Of a stretch of 64,000 nt of DNA, positions 12,849 to 23,983 are shown piece after piece. Each line of letters opens with the position of its first letter. The stretch's first letter is position 1. The DNA comes from Octopus sinensis (Eukaryota). Made by a program: the position numbers and the translations under genes. The notes below the pieces were generated by a model. The model searched no databases. It was not told the origin of the DNA and saw nothing but the letters and a program-made list of their open reading frames with translations. Location of the stretch: contig NC_042998.1 in assembly GCF_006345805.1 (NCBI RefSeq), forward strand, positions 179,862,001 through 179,926,000, in the 5' to 3' direction.

Positions 12849-13606
12849 CCCCAGAGAGAAAAGAAAACAACAGATTGAACAGTCTGAGGAGCAGGAGAGG
12901 TTGGACGAAGTGGTACACGATGATGTGAAAGAGACGGCAAGAACAGAAGAAGCATTCACGGTAGTTAAAAAACGAAAAAGAAATGAAAGATTAAGCTCTC
13001 CGCCGGAGAAGCAGAAAAAAAAGGAGATAAGGAAGATGCGAAAGAGGTTGAGAAGGAGGTGGAAAAGGAGTAGGTTGAGAAGGTGGTTGAGAAGGGGCTC
13101 GAGGAGAAGGCCGAGAAAGAGGAGACAGTAGCAAAGGTACTAGCTATACCAGTGGAGGAGGAAAATTTAAGCGGTATAGAAAGACAACAGCAGGAAGGTG
13201 AAACAGCGACACTAAACAAAATGTAGGAGGATAGGACAGAGAGAAGGTGCCAAGAGTAGAGCAAGGAAAAGGCAAACAAGCAAGAAAGGTAAAAAAGCAC
13301 AGGTGGAAAAGAAAAATAATGAAGTTCAAATCTATTATAAGGGTTAAGTTAGCTACGGATATTTACCCGGAAAATGTGAAGGCTATCGTAACTGATAAAG
13401 ATAGGTATAACAGGTTAAAGATAGGTATAACAGTGGAAGGGACATTGATCCGCCGGGGGTTGTGGTGGAGTTTGACAAACTGCCGCTAGTGGTAGAATTA
13501 AGAGAGCTGGAACCGTTTATAATACATTAAAAAAAGTAAGTAAAATTATAGAAATATTAAAATTACTAAGTCTCTCTAAAGGAGATTACGGCAGCGTTAC
13601 TGGAAA

Positions 13607-13796
13607 TTAATAGTTATCGCCATACTAATATGACTAGCAGGATGAAGCGGCTGACCTCCCCTGTTCGAAGGTTTGTAATGGACGCAGGTTGTGTGTCAAA
13701 TAGCTAGCTAGAGGCGGTGGCCTCTTGGAGCTAATCAGCGACAGCTTTAGTCTTATATTTATAAGACTGCCATATTAGTATGGCGATAACTATTAA
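13607..13796. mobile_element. MITE with TTAA flanks and 22-bp TIRs (TAG...CTA termini)
   Basis: ttaatagttatcgccatactaatatg (13607-13632) is the exact reverse complement of 13771-13796. Confidence 0.8.
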
Positions 13797-14431
13797 AGTA
13801 AGTAAAATTGTTTCTTAAAAAAAAGAAAGAAATGATGATAATGGAAAAAACAAAGGAAAAGAAGAAAAGATTATAAACTGCGCGTAAAAACGAGCAAAAG
13901 GTACGGCACGAGAGTGGGGCTCATGCAGAAATTTCATTTTTCATTTTCATTTTTATATAACATTTTTCGCATTTCTCATTCATTCTATGTTTTTTTGTCC
14001 CCACTGTGGTGTTCTGTCTGTCCTTGTGCTGTCCCCTTTGTGTTATGGCCGTAGTGCCAAATAAAGAAAGGAGTACGTAGTAGGCGGTCAGAGATAGTTG
14101 TATCTTACTGGCTAAGTGTATCTAAGTGTACAGTATACGGAAGTGGGCGTTATAACAATCTAACATAATAAGGATATAACAAATTATTAGCAAATCCAAG
14201 AAGACCAGTTTATTGGGTTTTTCTCCCTTTCTATTGTTAATTCAGTTGAAGAACACATTGAGTGCTTTTGGCATAGAACTACTTACACTTGCTGGTAAGA
14301 CCAAAGTATAAATATATCATCTGTATCCATATTTTAGCCACATATTTGGCCTTCAGTTCCTAAAGACATTTTCGAATATATCAGAACTTAATAATGATAA
14401 TTCTTCACTTTATAAATTAAGACGATATATA

Positions 14432-14664
14432 TCTATTTCTTTACTACCCACAAGGGGCTAAACACAGAGATGACAAACAAAGACAGACAAACGGATTAAG
14501 TCGATTATATCGACTCCAGTGCGTAACAGGTACTTAATTTATCGACCCCAAAAGGATGAAAGGCAAAGTCGACCTCGGCGGAATTTGAACTCAGAACGTA
14601 ACGGCAGACGAAATACGGCTACGCATTTCGCCCAGCGTGCTAACGTTTCTGCCAGCTCGCCGCC
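14432..14664 (-). mobile_element. SINE A1
   Basis: Full length, with a 15-bp TSD ttaagacgatatata (14417-14431 / 14665-14679). Confidence 0.92.
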
Positions 14665-15026
14665 TTAAGACGATATATACCATGTAACTGACGGGTTTTA
14701 GTATGAACATTTTTCTTTCTAATCCTTTATAACTTTTTAGCTTAGTCATCCCATTTTTATCTTTCTCACCTTAATACTCTGCTTCACCTCATTGTCACCT
14801 TTTAATCCTCCTTCTATTCTCACCTAGTTTTTTTTTTCTATAAGCTTGTGTCTACATATGCAAGCAAACGTCTTCTGATCTGCATCAGTCGCTCAAACAT
14901 AGGTGGTACGAAACTCACCAGTCTTTTAATTTCCTCTCTTGTCACCTTAACTGATGCAGACATTTTTCATATATATATATATATATATATAATATATATA
15001 TATTATATATATATATATATATAGAC

Positions 15027-15200
15027 GCAGGCGTAGTTGCATGGGCAGAAACTTGCTTCTCAACCCTATGGTTTTGGGTTCAGTTCCACTGTGTGGCACT
15101 TTGGGCCTCCTATTATAGCCCCGGGCCGATTATATACCTGTGAGTGGATTTGCAAGATGGAAACTGAAAGAAGACACACACTCACACACACACATACCAC

Positions 15201-15269
<69 letters not shown>

Positions 15270-15475
15270 GTGTGTGTGTGTGTGTGTGTGTGAGCGTGTG
15301 TGAGTGTGTATTCTGTGTTTGTCCCCCACCACCGCTTGAAAACCCGTGTTGGTGTCTTTACATCCCCCGTAACTTAGCGATTCGGCAAAGCAAACCGATA
15401 CAATGAGTACTAAGCATAAAAGTATTTAAGCATAACCGCAGTCAAATGACTGAAACAGGTAAAAGATAAAAGAAT
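15027..15475 (+). mobile_element. SINE C, diverged, with expanded internal microsatellite
   Basis: Head, gtgagtggattt...ggaaactgaaagaag, (TA)n(TG)n, and tail gcagtcaaatgactgaaacag. Confidence 0.8.
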
Positions 15476-15867
15476 ATTTGTATGTGTATGTATGTATGTA
15501 TGTATGTATGTATGTATGTATGTATGTATGTGCGTGTGTGTGTATGTTTGTGTGTGTATATGTGTGTCTATGTATATTCATAAAATTCATGGCATGACGC
15601 GAGGACAAAAATTACGTAACCAACTTCATTGGCTTACAGCTGTTTCTGCTATAAGATGCAGTGCACTCAGAGCTGAGTGCTTTCTCTGTTCGTGTCTAAC
15701 GCTCTTTGATGGGGATTTTGTATATTGAATTCTAACTACAGGCCATTAGTATTGTTATGTCTAAGCAAAATCATAATACATACATGCATATATACATATA
15801 TACCTACTAACATACATACGTGTGTATGAGTCTATTTAGACATACACACACACAGACACACACACGC

Positions 15868-15910
<43 letters not shown>

Positions 15911-17196
15911 TATATATATACACATATATATATATGTATATATTTATGTATGTAGACAGTGAGAGAGGCACAGACCTTAAAATAGAGGGAAATAGAGAGA
16001 AAGAAAGTGGGGAGGGAGGAAGATTCCTATAAAATGGGGTGAATAAATATGTGGAGAAGTATATAAGTATATGGAAAAAATATATGTAAATAACATGTAA
16101 AAATATAATGGTTTTAGGGGTATATAAATTAGCAGACAAATAGATACGTGCCCTTCAATTCGCATATAAGTGTATGTGGCATAAGGCAAACCGGTTAAGA
16201 AAAAAACATAAAACCCCAGAACAAATTTATGGCACACACACACACACATAAGCGCGCACACATACACACACAGAGGCGCACACACACACATATATGCTTG
16301 CGTGTTTGTGTAGATATAAATATGTATATACGTACACATACGTACATACATAGATGAATAGATACATAGATATATATAATACAATATAATATAATATATA
16401 TATATATATATGTCTGTGTGTGTGTGTGTGTGTGTGTGTCGGTGTGTGGATGTAGGAATATACGTATGTATGTAAATATATATGGGGTAGAACTGTGTAT
16501 GTAACTATGTGTATGTCTGTAACTATGTTTGCATATATATTATTTATTTTCAAGCCGAAGCTTCACAATTTACAATTACTAGTTTCATGCTCTCATCCTG
16601 AAGCAACTGCGAAAATTGGACAACATTTCCACTTTATATAATAGACTGACTGGAAAAAAAATTGAAAGAATACACAAAAAAATTATTAAGATCCCAGTGG
16701 ACAAAAATGCACAACGGTTTTTTAAAGTAAGAAAAAAAAATGAGTGACAGAATGACGGATCGACAAGAATAGATGGTGGAATAAGTGTCAGAATATTGTG
16801 AGATAGAATAAAATAAATATATAAATTAATAATGATAAAAAAAGCAAAGCAAAGATGGACGTTAGTAATAAAAATAATAATATAGAGTTAAAAATAAAAA
16901 ATGGAAATAATTTAATAAGTAAATAAATAAATAAATAAATAAATAAAAGAGAAGGTAAAATAATGATTACATCGTCTCAGCTGTATGCAATGTAGAAAGC
17001 TTATGCAATTGCATAAGAGAAAAAAATACGCTTTTCTCTTAAAGCAACTCGTGTCTATGAAACAAAAACTGAGGAGAAATGAATGTTACCTACATTGTAT
17101 CATCATAGAATTTGGTCAATGAAACCAAAAGCGAGAGGAGTTTTAAATGAAATACTGTAAAAGTAGTCCTCACTTGAAATGGGAAATAACAATTAA

Positions 17197-17384
17197 CCCT
17201 TTCTACTAAGGGCACAAGCCCTGTAATTTCGGGAGTGGGGATAAGTCAATTATATCGACCTCTATATTCAACTGGTACTTATTTTATCGGTCTCGAAAGG
17301 ATGAAAGGCAAAGACGACCTCGCCGGAATTTCAACTCAGAAACATTCTGTCCGGCGTGCTAACGATTCTGTCAGCTCGCCGCCT
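17197..17384 (-). mobile_element. SINE A2 (A-type head and core, different tail)
   Basis: Reverse-complement head ggcggcgagctgacagaatcg and core aaggatgaaaggcaaag. Its head abuts (AAT)n. Confidence 0.8.
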
Positions 17385-17396
17385 TAATAATTATAT

Positions 17397-17422
17397 TAAT
17401 AATAATAATAATAATAATAATG

Positions 17423-17501
<79 letters not shown>

Positions 17502-17540
17502 AGATGATGATGATGATGATGATATTGATGATGATGATGA
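17397..17540. repeat. (AAT)n/(GAT)n microsatellite
   Basis: Read directly from the sequence. Confidence 0.95.
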
Positions 17541-17559
17541 CGACAACAGTTGCAGCAAA

Positions 17560-17967
17560 TAGTAGTAGTGAGACATGGTTTTGGTTGCGGAAAGGAAAAC
17601 TGAACAGGGAGACAGAAAGTTTGTTAGTAGCTGCACAAGATCAAGCAATATGGACAAATTTGATAAAAGTCAAGAGAGACAAAAAGCAAGTAGATTCCCA
17701 ATGTAGATTATGCAGCTCAAAACAGGAAAGCGTTACTTATATAGTAAGTGAATGTAGCTTGCTGACACAGAAAGAATACAAAAAAAAAAGACATGACAAC
17801 CTCGGAAGGGTAAAGCTCTGGGAGCTATGTAGAAAGCTAGGATTTGAACATACTGATAAATGGTATGAACATGAACCTAGTAAAATATTAGAAAGTAAGA
17901 AATACAAGATTTGTGGGACTTTTACATTCAGACTGACAGAGTAATAGAAGCTAGAAGGCCTGATTTG

Positions 17968-18042
<75 letters not shown>

Positions 18043-18430
18043 AGGATAGAAAGTCCAGCTAATTGAATTTACAGTCCTAAATGATGAAAAAATTGACATG
18101 AGCAGCATAGAAAAATAGCAAAGTACCAGGACCTAGCTACTGATTTACAGAGAATATCGACAGTGCGGGTAAAATGTATCCAAGCAGTTATAGGTGAATT
18201 GGGAACTATCCTTAAATATCTGAACAGATGGATACAGGAAATTGGCATAAAACCCAGTTCAGAGTAGAAAACAGTGTTAGTAGGGATAGCTAGGGTACTT
18301 CGAAGGGTTTTTGGCATCTAAGGCTACTTGTTGTAGCTTGACAGGAAGGTTCATGGCATCTAAGGTTACTTGTAGCCCAACGTTAGGATTTTTTCTTTTC
18401 CAACAGTCTAATCTGTTGAGTGTATATGAA
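17560..18430 (+). mobile_element. 5'-truncated RLE-type LINE (R4/Dong-like), 3' end
   Basis: LNRETESLLVAAQDQAI; CRLC...SEC knuckle; RHDNLG; IQTDRVIEARRPDLV; IEF...KYQDLA. Stop at ~18320, then a 3' UTR and aataataat. Confidence 0.9.
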
Positions 18431-18450
18431 AATAATAATAATTATCATTA

Positions 18451-18666
18451 GCCTATCTACTATAGGCACAAGGTCTGAAACTTTTGAGGAGTGGATAAGT
18501 CAATTACATAGACCCCCAGTATTTCACTGGTACTTAATTTATCGACCTCGAAAAAGATGAACGGCAAAGTCGACCTCGGTGGAATTTGAACTCAGAACGT
18601 GCAGACGGACGAAATGCTGCTAAGCATTTTACCAGGCGCGATAACGATTCCACCAGCTCACCGCCT
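18451..18666 (-). mobile_element. SINE A2
   Basis: Full head, core and tail, with (AAT)n on both flanks. Confidence 0.85.
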
Positions 18667-18668
18667 TG

Positions 18669-18729
<61 letters not shown>

Positions 18730-18730
18730 G

Positions 18731-19260
18731 CATTGATGCAGTACCAGGCAGTGGCTGCATGGCTTCTCATCTTAACTGATTGGAAGTGTTATTGTGTACA
18801 TTGTTTTGCCTTGGTATAAAAGATGGGCTACAGCAAATATTCTTCCCAATACCACTGATTTGCTTGTCGGTTGATTGACCTTAACCAGTTGAGCATGTCC
18901 CTTAGTGGCTGACGATATACGTATCTCTCATTACGAGCAGAAGTAGTGGGGGAGCATCATAGCCATGTGTTGAGAGGAATTCTTTGGGGTTTGGATAATT
19001 CACCTTTGAAAACATGGGTGTTTTGTTCAACATCCTTAAACAACCCTTATCCAAAGACCTTTTGAGCGGGATGGGCTACTCGACCTGAAGAAAATTCTAA
19101 CTGGGCCCCACACGCAAGGTCATGCGCTGTTAATCTTGATATGAGATTACCATGACGCGCACATATGGTTGTGATGAATGTAACTAGTGTACCCTTATCA
19201 GACGGGTAGTCATGATGGTACATTGGACTTCGTATATTTTACCCTAGTGTCACTTTCATG
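18731..19260. mobile_element. Unclassified interspersed repeat (probable)
   Basis: Complex ~530-bp block set in AAT/AAC microsatellites. No second copy in the window and no diagnostic motif. Confidence 0.25.
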
Positions 19261-19328
19261 TATGCACTGCTCTCTCACCCAACAACAACAACAACAATAA
19301 TGATGATAACAACAACAACAACAACAAC

Positions 19329-19383
<55 letters not shown>

Positions 19384-19492
19384 TCTGTTGAAAGCATAAG
19401 ACCTGAAATTTCGAGGGAGAGGCTAAATCAATTACATCGACCCCAATTCGCATCCTTAAAATATTATTATTAATAATAATAATGATGTTAAT

Positions 19493-19525
<33 letters not shown>

Positions 19526-19802
19526 AATAATAATATTAGTGATTTTTTATTAACTTCTAAGGGTTCAAAAAACATAGATGACAGTGCAGGACAGTACAAT
19601 ATGGGGTTACATTAAAAGTGTGTTAAAGTAAAACAGTGACAGTATAAAATTATAACATTGAATAATTCCACAAAGAGGGAGCCTTCCTGTAATTATTCGT
19701 GGGGACCCCACAAAAAAGACAATCACCCTGACTACTACTGCAAGAGCCTTTTTCACATTGTCCTTCAATTTACAAGCCCATGTTTAGAGTAGATCCGTTT
19801 AC

Positions 19803-20003
19803 TCGGGCGAAATGCGTAGCCGTATTTCGTCTGTCGTTACGTTGTGAGATCAAATTCCGCCGAGGCCGACTTTGCCTTTCATCCTTTCGGGGTCGATAAA
19901 TTAAGTACCAGTTACGCACTGCGGTCGATGTAATCGACTGAATCCCTTTGTCTGTCCTTGTTTATCCCCTCTATGTTTAGCCCCTTGTGGGCAATAAAGA
20001 AAT
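19803..20003 (+). mobile_element. SINE A1, 5'-truncated
   Basis: Core and tail tgtctgtccttgtttatcccc...aataaagaaat. Confidence 0.85.
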
Positions 20004-20693
20004 ATATGAATTTTAATCAGGTGGAGATACTACTCTTTCATTCAAACTAGTTGGTCACCGAGTTAGTAGTTGCTATCTCTTTTAATGTCCCAGTCTATCT
20101 TTAAATGGGTTGGTTGTACGAGATTCATTACACAAATCAAGTACTGCTTCTTTTCCTAGTGGTAGTGATAAAAAAATTTTAAATATTAAAATTATATGTT
20201 TTAAAGTTTATTCGAAAATTTTCTTATAACCTGACACATTTCAGACTTTATCCGTCAACTGCGAAGCATTTTATATTTGTTTGTTCAAGCCTTCAGTTCT
20301 CTTAATATTTAAATATTTAAGATATTAATGCCTTCAAGTTTGGAAGTTTCCTTTTCATTTTATTTTCCCTGTTACATATAGAAGATTGCAATAAAAATTT
20401 TTTGCAGTTGCACAATTTGAAAGTTTAACATTAGTAAATATTAATATTTAAATAGTTAAGACATAGATGGAAACATTTTTAGCTGTCGTTTATATCAAGC
20501 TAGATTGAAATAAGTCCTTCACTGCAAAAAATTTTTCTCTATCTCGCTTTTTCATTTAATATTTTGTTTCTCACTGCTTAATTTCGTAACTCGTTAGTCG
20601 AAAGTAAAATAACATTTTGCATACAACAGCACTGTTAAAATACTATTATTCTTCGTGGTTTACACTTCATTAAACACTGTATATAAATAATAA

Positions 20694-20838
20694 GTGTCAG
20701 GGGAGAGTCATTCTCTTTTCGTGCCTTATTATTTAACACACTCACCGGTAAAATTTCCACTTCTTTCTTATTTTTATTTTCTATCGGTGAGTGTGTTAAA
20801 TAATAAGGCACGAAAAGAGAATGACTCTCCCCAGACAC
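20694..20838. repeat. Inverted repeat with 56-bp arms and a 33-bp spacer
   Basis: 20694-20749 versus 20783-20838, 2 mismatches. Confidence 0.9.
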
Positions 20839-21564
20839 AACAGAATATGCTTCAACACACGAACTCATATAATGAATCTTGCAAACCAAATCCCAAAACG
20901 AAATATAAATAATAAGTGTATTTGTAAAACTGAAGTAACAACCGCAATGACATCATCAATTCTGAAGTGCGTGCGAAGATCACGGAGACTATTTTCATCT
21001 ACTTTATTTTAAAAGAAACTTCCTTTCTTCAGTTATTTCTGATATGCGAATGATACGCTTTATCGTAGCATATAAATAGATAATGCCTATTATTTTAATA
21101 ACTTCATATTGATCGTACATCATTCCATTTCCATTCGCATACATTCGATGTATTTTCTGCTCCGATATCATTTTCATTGCGATTAATTGACCGCTGTTTA
21201 TCTTGCATAAGACATAACATGGCGTATCTCCTATATTGTACCATCCTAGCCAATTGATATACGTTGTTACTGACTAAGTAACGAAAGCATTGCCTTTGTA
21301 AAACATTAGCTGGGTACATTTGTTTTGTTGAAAGTCTTTTGATCTGCCATCACAGTATTTCAGTAAGGCAATACATTCCATAGTGATAATACCACATATG
21401 AAACTAGAAATTCACGCGCACACACAAACCCACGCAAAAACCTCCTACACATACTTATAGTGCACATACAATAATGATAAATAATGGCATATATGTACAC
21501 ACGGTATGTACGTATGTATGTATGTATGTATGTATGTATGTATGTATGTATGTATGTATGTATG

Positions 21565-21601
<37 letters not shown>

Positions 21602-21824
21602 TTATATGTATTATCCGAGGCGTACAGTACTATATATCCATCACGGTCGAGCTTACCAATCGGTTTCCGTCGTGATGGATATTTAATACTGTACACTTCG
21701 TATGATATACCCACTCTATTGACTGATATATGAGTGCATCTTTCTCCTGACTTATGGACTTATATATATAATATATATAAGATATATATAATATATATAT
21801 GTGTGTGTGTGTTTGTGCATACAA

Positions 21825-22375
21825 AATTTAGATTAGTTAAAATATCTTACTGACATATTTTAACCGCTAAAAGGTAAATTCACTGCACTTACCGTAGAGA
21901 AAATATCTCATTTTGTTAAGGTGTGAAAACTCCCGGTTTGTTCAGTGTCGCCATCTATGAGGAATCCCAGACATCGATAGTTCGAGTTTTTTAAGAGAGG
22001 CAAATCTAAACAAACTTATAGTGCATTAGCTTTATTTAAAATTCAGTCAACAACATTGATTGATTTGCGTTGTTAGATCACCCGATCGAGGAAAATGACG
22101 AAATGTTAGCGCCAAGCAGCTTTTAGGCGTTAGCAAAATTTAGGTTAGTTAAAATATGTTTGTGACATATTTCAACTACTGAAAGACAAATTCACTGCAG
22201 ATACCGCGTAGAAAATATATCTCTTATATTTCTTTTTCCTCGATCGGGTGACCTACAAGCACAAATCAGTCAACGTTGTAGACTGAATTTTACATAACGC
22301 TAATGTGCTATAAGGTTGTTGAGAGTTGCCTCTCTTGGGTACATCTTATTGAGAAGAGTCTAAAAACTCGAAACA
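21825..22375. repeat. Interleaved direct and inverted repeats
   Basis: Direct pair ~21825-21910 / ~22136-22223. Inverted pair ~21980-22095 / ~22233-22375. Confidence 0.75.
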
Positions 22376-22749
22376 TAGAACGAAATAATATCTCCATAAG
22401 AACGTTTAAATAAAGAAACTTTTTTCATTGAAAAATACAGAACACATCATAATATGTACGCATAACCAACTTTTATCTTTTTACATATTTCAATTCACGA
22501 TTACATCACTGTACATAAACGCCCTCACTAAACAGGGTTTTCGAAACTTGTTTTTGTCTGTACATATATATTCGCCTCCCATTACCGAAAGCTGAACAGT
22601 TATCTCCCTTACCCACAACAATAACAATAATAACGATAATCAATTACCTCCCCTTATTTATCTACTTGTGAAGTCATTCATTCGCAATATCATCACACAC
22701 ATGGACAAAATTTCTTCTTAAGAAAGAATACATATTCATATAAGTAAAA

Positions 22750-22912
22750 CATAAAATCATGAATAGCGATAGCGAAACCGGTCGATATATCAAAAACTAT
22801 ATTAAAACTATGTAAGTGTGCATATTTTCCTTTTTTAAATTTCTTATATACATTACAACTCACAATGCGGGGATAATCGAAATTCTTCCTTTCTGTTACT
22901 ACTATATATAAG
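22750..22912. mobile_element. Dispersed repeat, probably a Penelope-like terminal repeat (paralogue at 44068-44228)
   Basis: Shared sequence, and a truncated hammerhead-like atga...gcgatagcgaaaccggtc motif. Confidence 0.5.
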
Positions 22913-23339
22913 AAAACAAAAAGTGGAACAAGAACGTAACAGGTGACACCACAAAACACCCGGGCAGTTAGACGATACAAAACAGGACAAGAAAAAACAA
23001 GGACGGGTTATTCGGAGCTTCCTATCTTCAGTCGAGTACCAGATTATCTTAGCAGTTTCGGCCGGTTACACTCGAGACTGGTCCAGTCAGGCCGCCCCCA
23101 AAAATCTAAGCTAAGAGCACTAGATTCCTTTGAAGAAAGCAAGCGAATGTTGAAGAAAGCAAGGACAAAAAAAAAAGAAACGGAGAAATGGTACACAATT
23201 ACAAATACAAACAACAGGTGTCTTTCGACTAAGGACGAATTAAATTAAGCTGGCGTGTGTGGAAGTGAAGCCTTACGGCAGGGACATAAAAGATGAAAAT
23301 GATGGGAAGGAATATATATATATATAATATATATATATA

Positions 23340-23520
23340 TATAGGTTAATCCAAACGGGAAAACAGAAAAAACAACAACACGTGGAACAATTACAGTATT
23401 ATTATTATTAGGCGCTCAGGAAAATGGAAGAAGGAGGGTATGACGTTTCGAGCGGAGCTCTTCGTCGGAAACATAGGAGAAAGAAAGATCCCGATACGGG
23501 AGGACAGAGGAAAAAAAAAT
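23340..23520 (-). mobile_element. Penelope-like terminal repeat with degenerate hammerhead
   Basis: Reverse complement reads gtttccgacgaagagctccgctcgaaacgtc. Paralogous to 26505-26690. Confidence 0.65.
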
Positions 23521-23917
23521 TGCAGGTAGTCTTCACGAGGTCACATATATATGTGTATGTATGTATGTATATAGAGATACAACTGTGATGTTTTTGGTAA
23601 AACATGTTCTTTGTCACCCTCCTTATCCTCTTGGAGATTTTGGGGAAAATTACACTAATGTGTCCTAATTTAATTAAATTCTATGTATTTGTGCAGCTGA
23701 AGATTGCTCTACATTTTAAATCGATGTAATGAAATGATTCCATTTTTCAATTAAATGGAGTCGCATGAAACGCTCGTACTACATTACCTCTAGATATCCT
23801 TGTTGCTTATTTTGGTTTTAATCACCTTATTTTGAAAGTGTATGCATAATACCATACTAAATTCCGTGCCTCATCTTAAGTACCATATTCGCCTGAATCT
23901 GTATATGTATATATATA

Positions 23918-23983
<66 letters not shown>

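Larger units (their letters stand above)
11698..14070 (+). mobile_element. ORF1-only L1/Tx1-like non-LTR element (HAL1-like)
   Basis: 13-bp TSD with 1 mismatch (11685-11697 / 14071-14083). Contains a 5' UTR, ORF1 at 12138-12848, a charged C-terminal extension and a T-rich 3' UTR ending aataaagaaag. No APE or RT motifs seen. Confidence 0.7.
9636..14157 (+). mobile_element. 5'-truncated Ty3/Gypsy LTR retrotransposon relic (gag knuckles, protease, integrase; RT-RNaseH absent)
   Basis: CFACGGIH and CFRCGNIGHIKKHC knuckles (9661-9760); MQLDTGSDITII protease (DTG 9892-9900); SRLHIDFAG...VIDSFSKW...DNGTQF integrase; C-terminal NQLKKG...KRKKY; PPT gaaggggaga at 11581-11590. Confidence 0.9.
11591..14157 (+). 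mobile_element. 3' LTR (~180 bp once the nested insertion is removed)
   Basis: Begins TGTTATA immediately after the PPT and ends TATAACA at 14157. Split by an insertion flanked by gagtacgt(t/a)gtag. Confidence 0.75.

Noticed and set aside
21104-21360. Non-repetitive minus-strand reading frames
   Set aside because: No recognisable domain, stops present and no clear splice signals.
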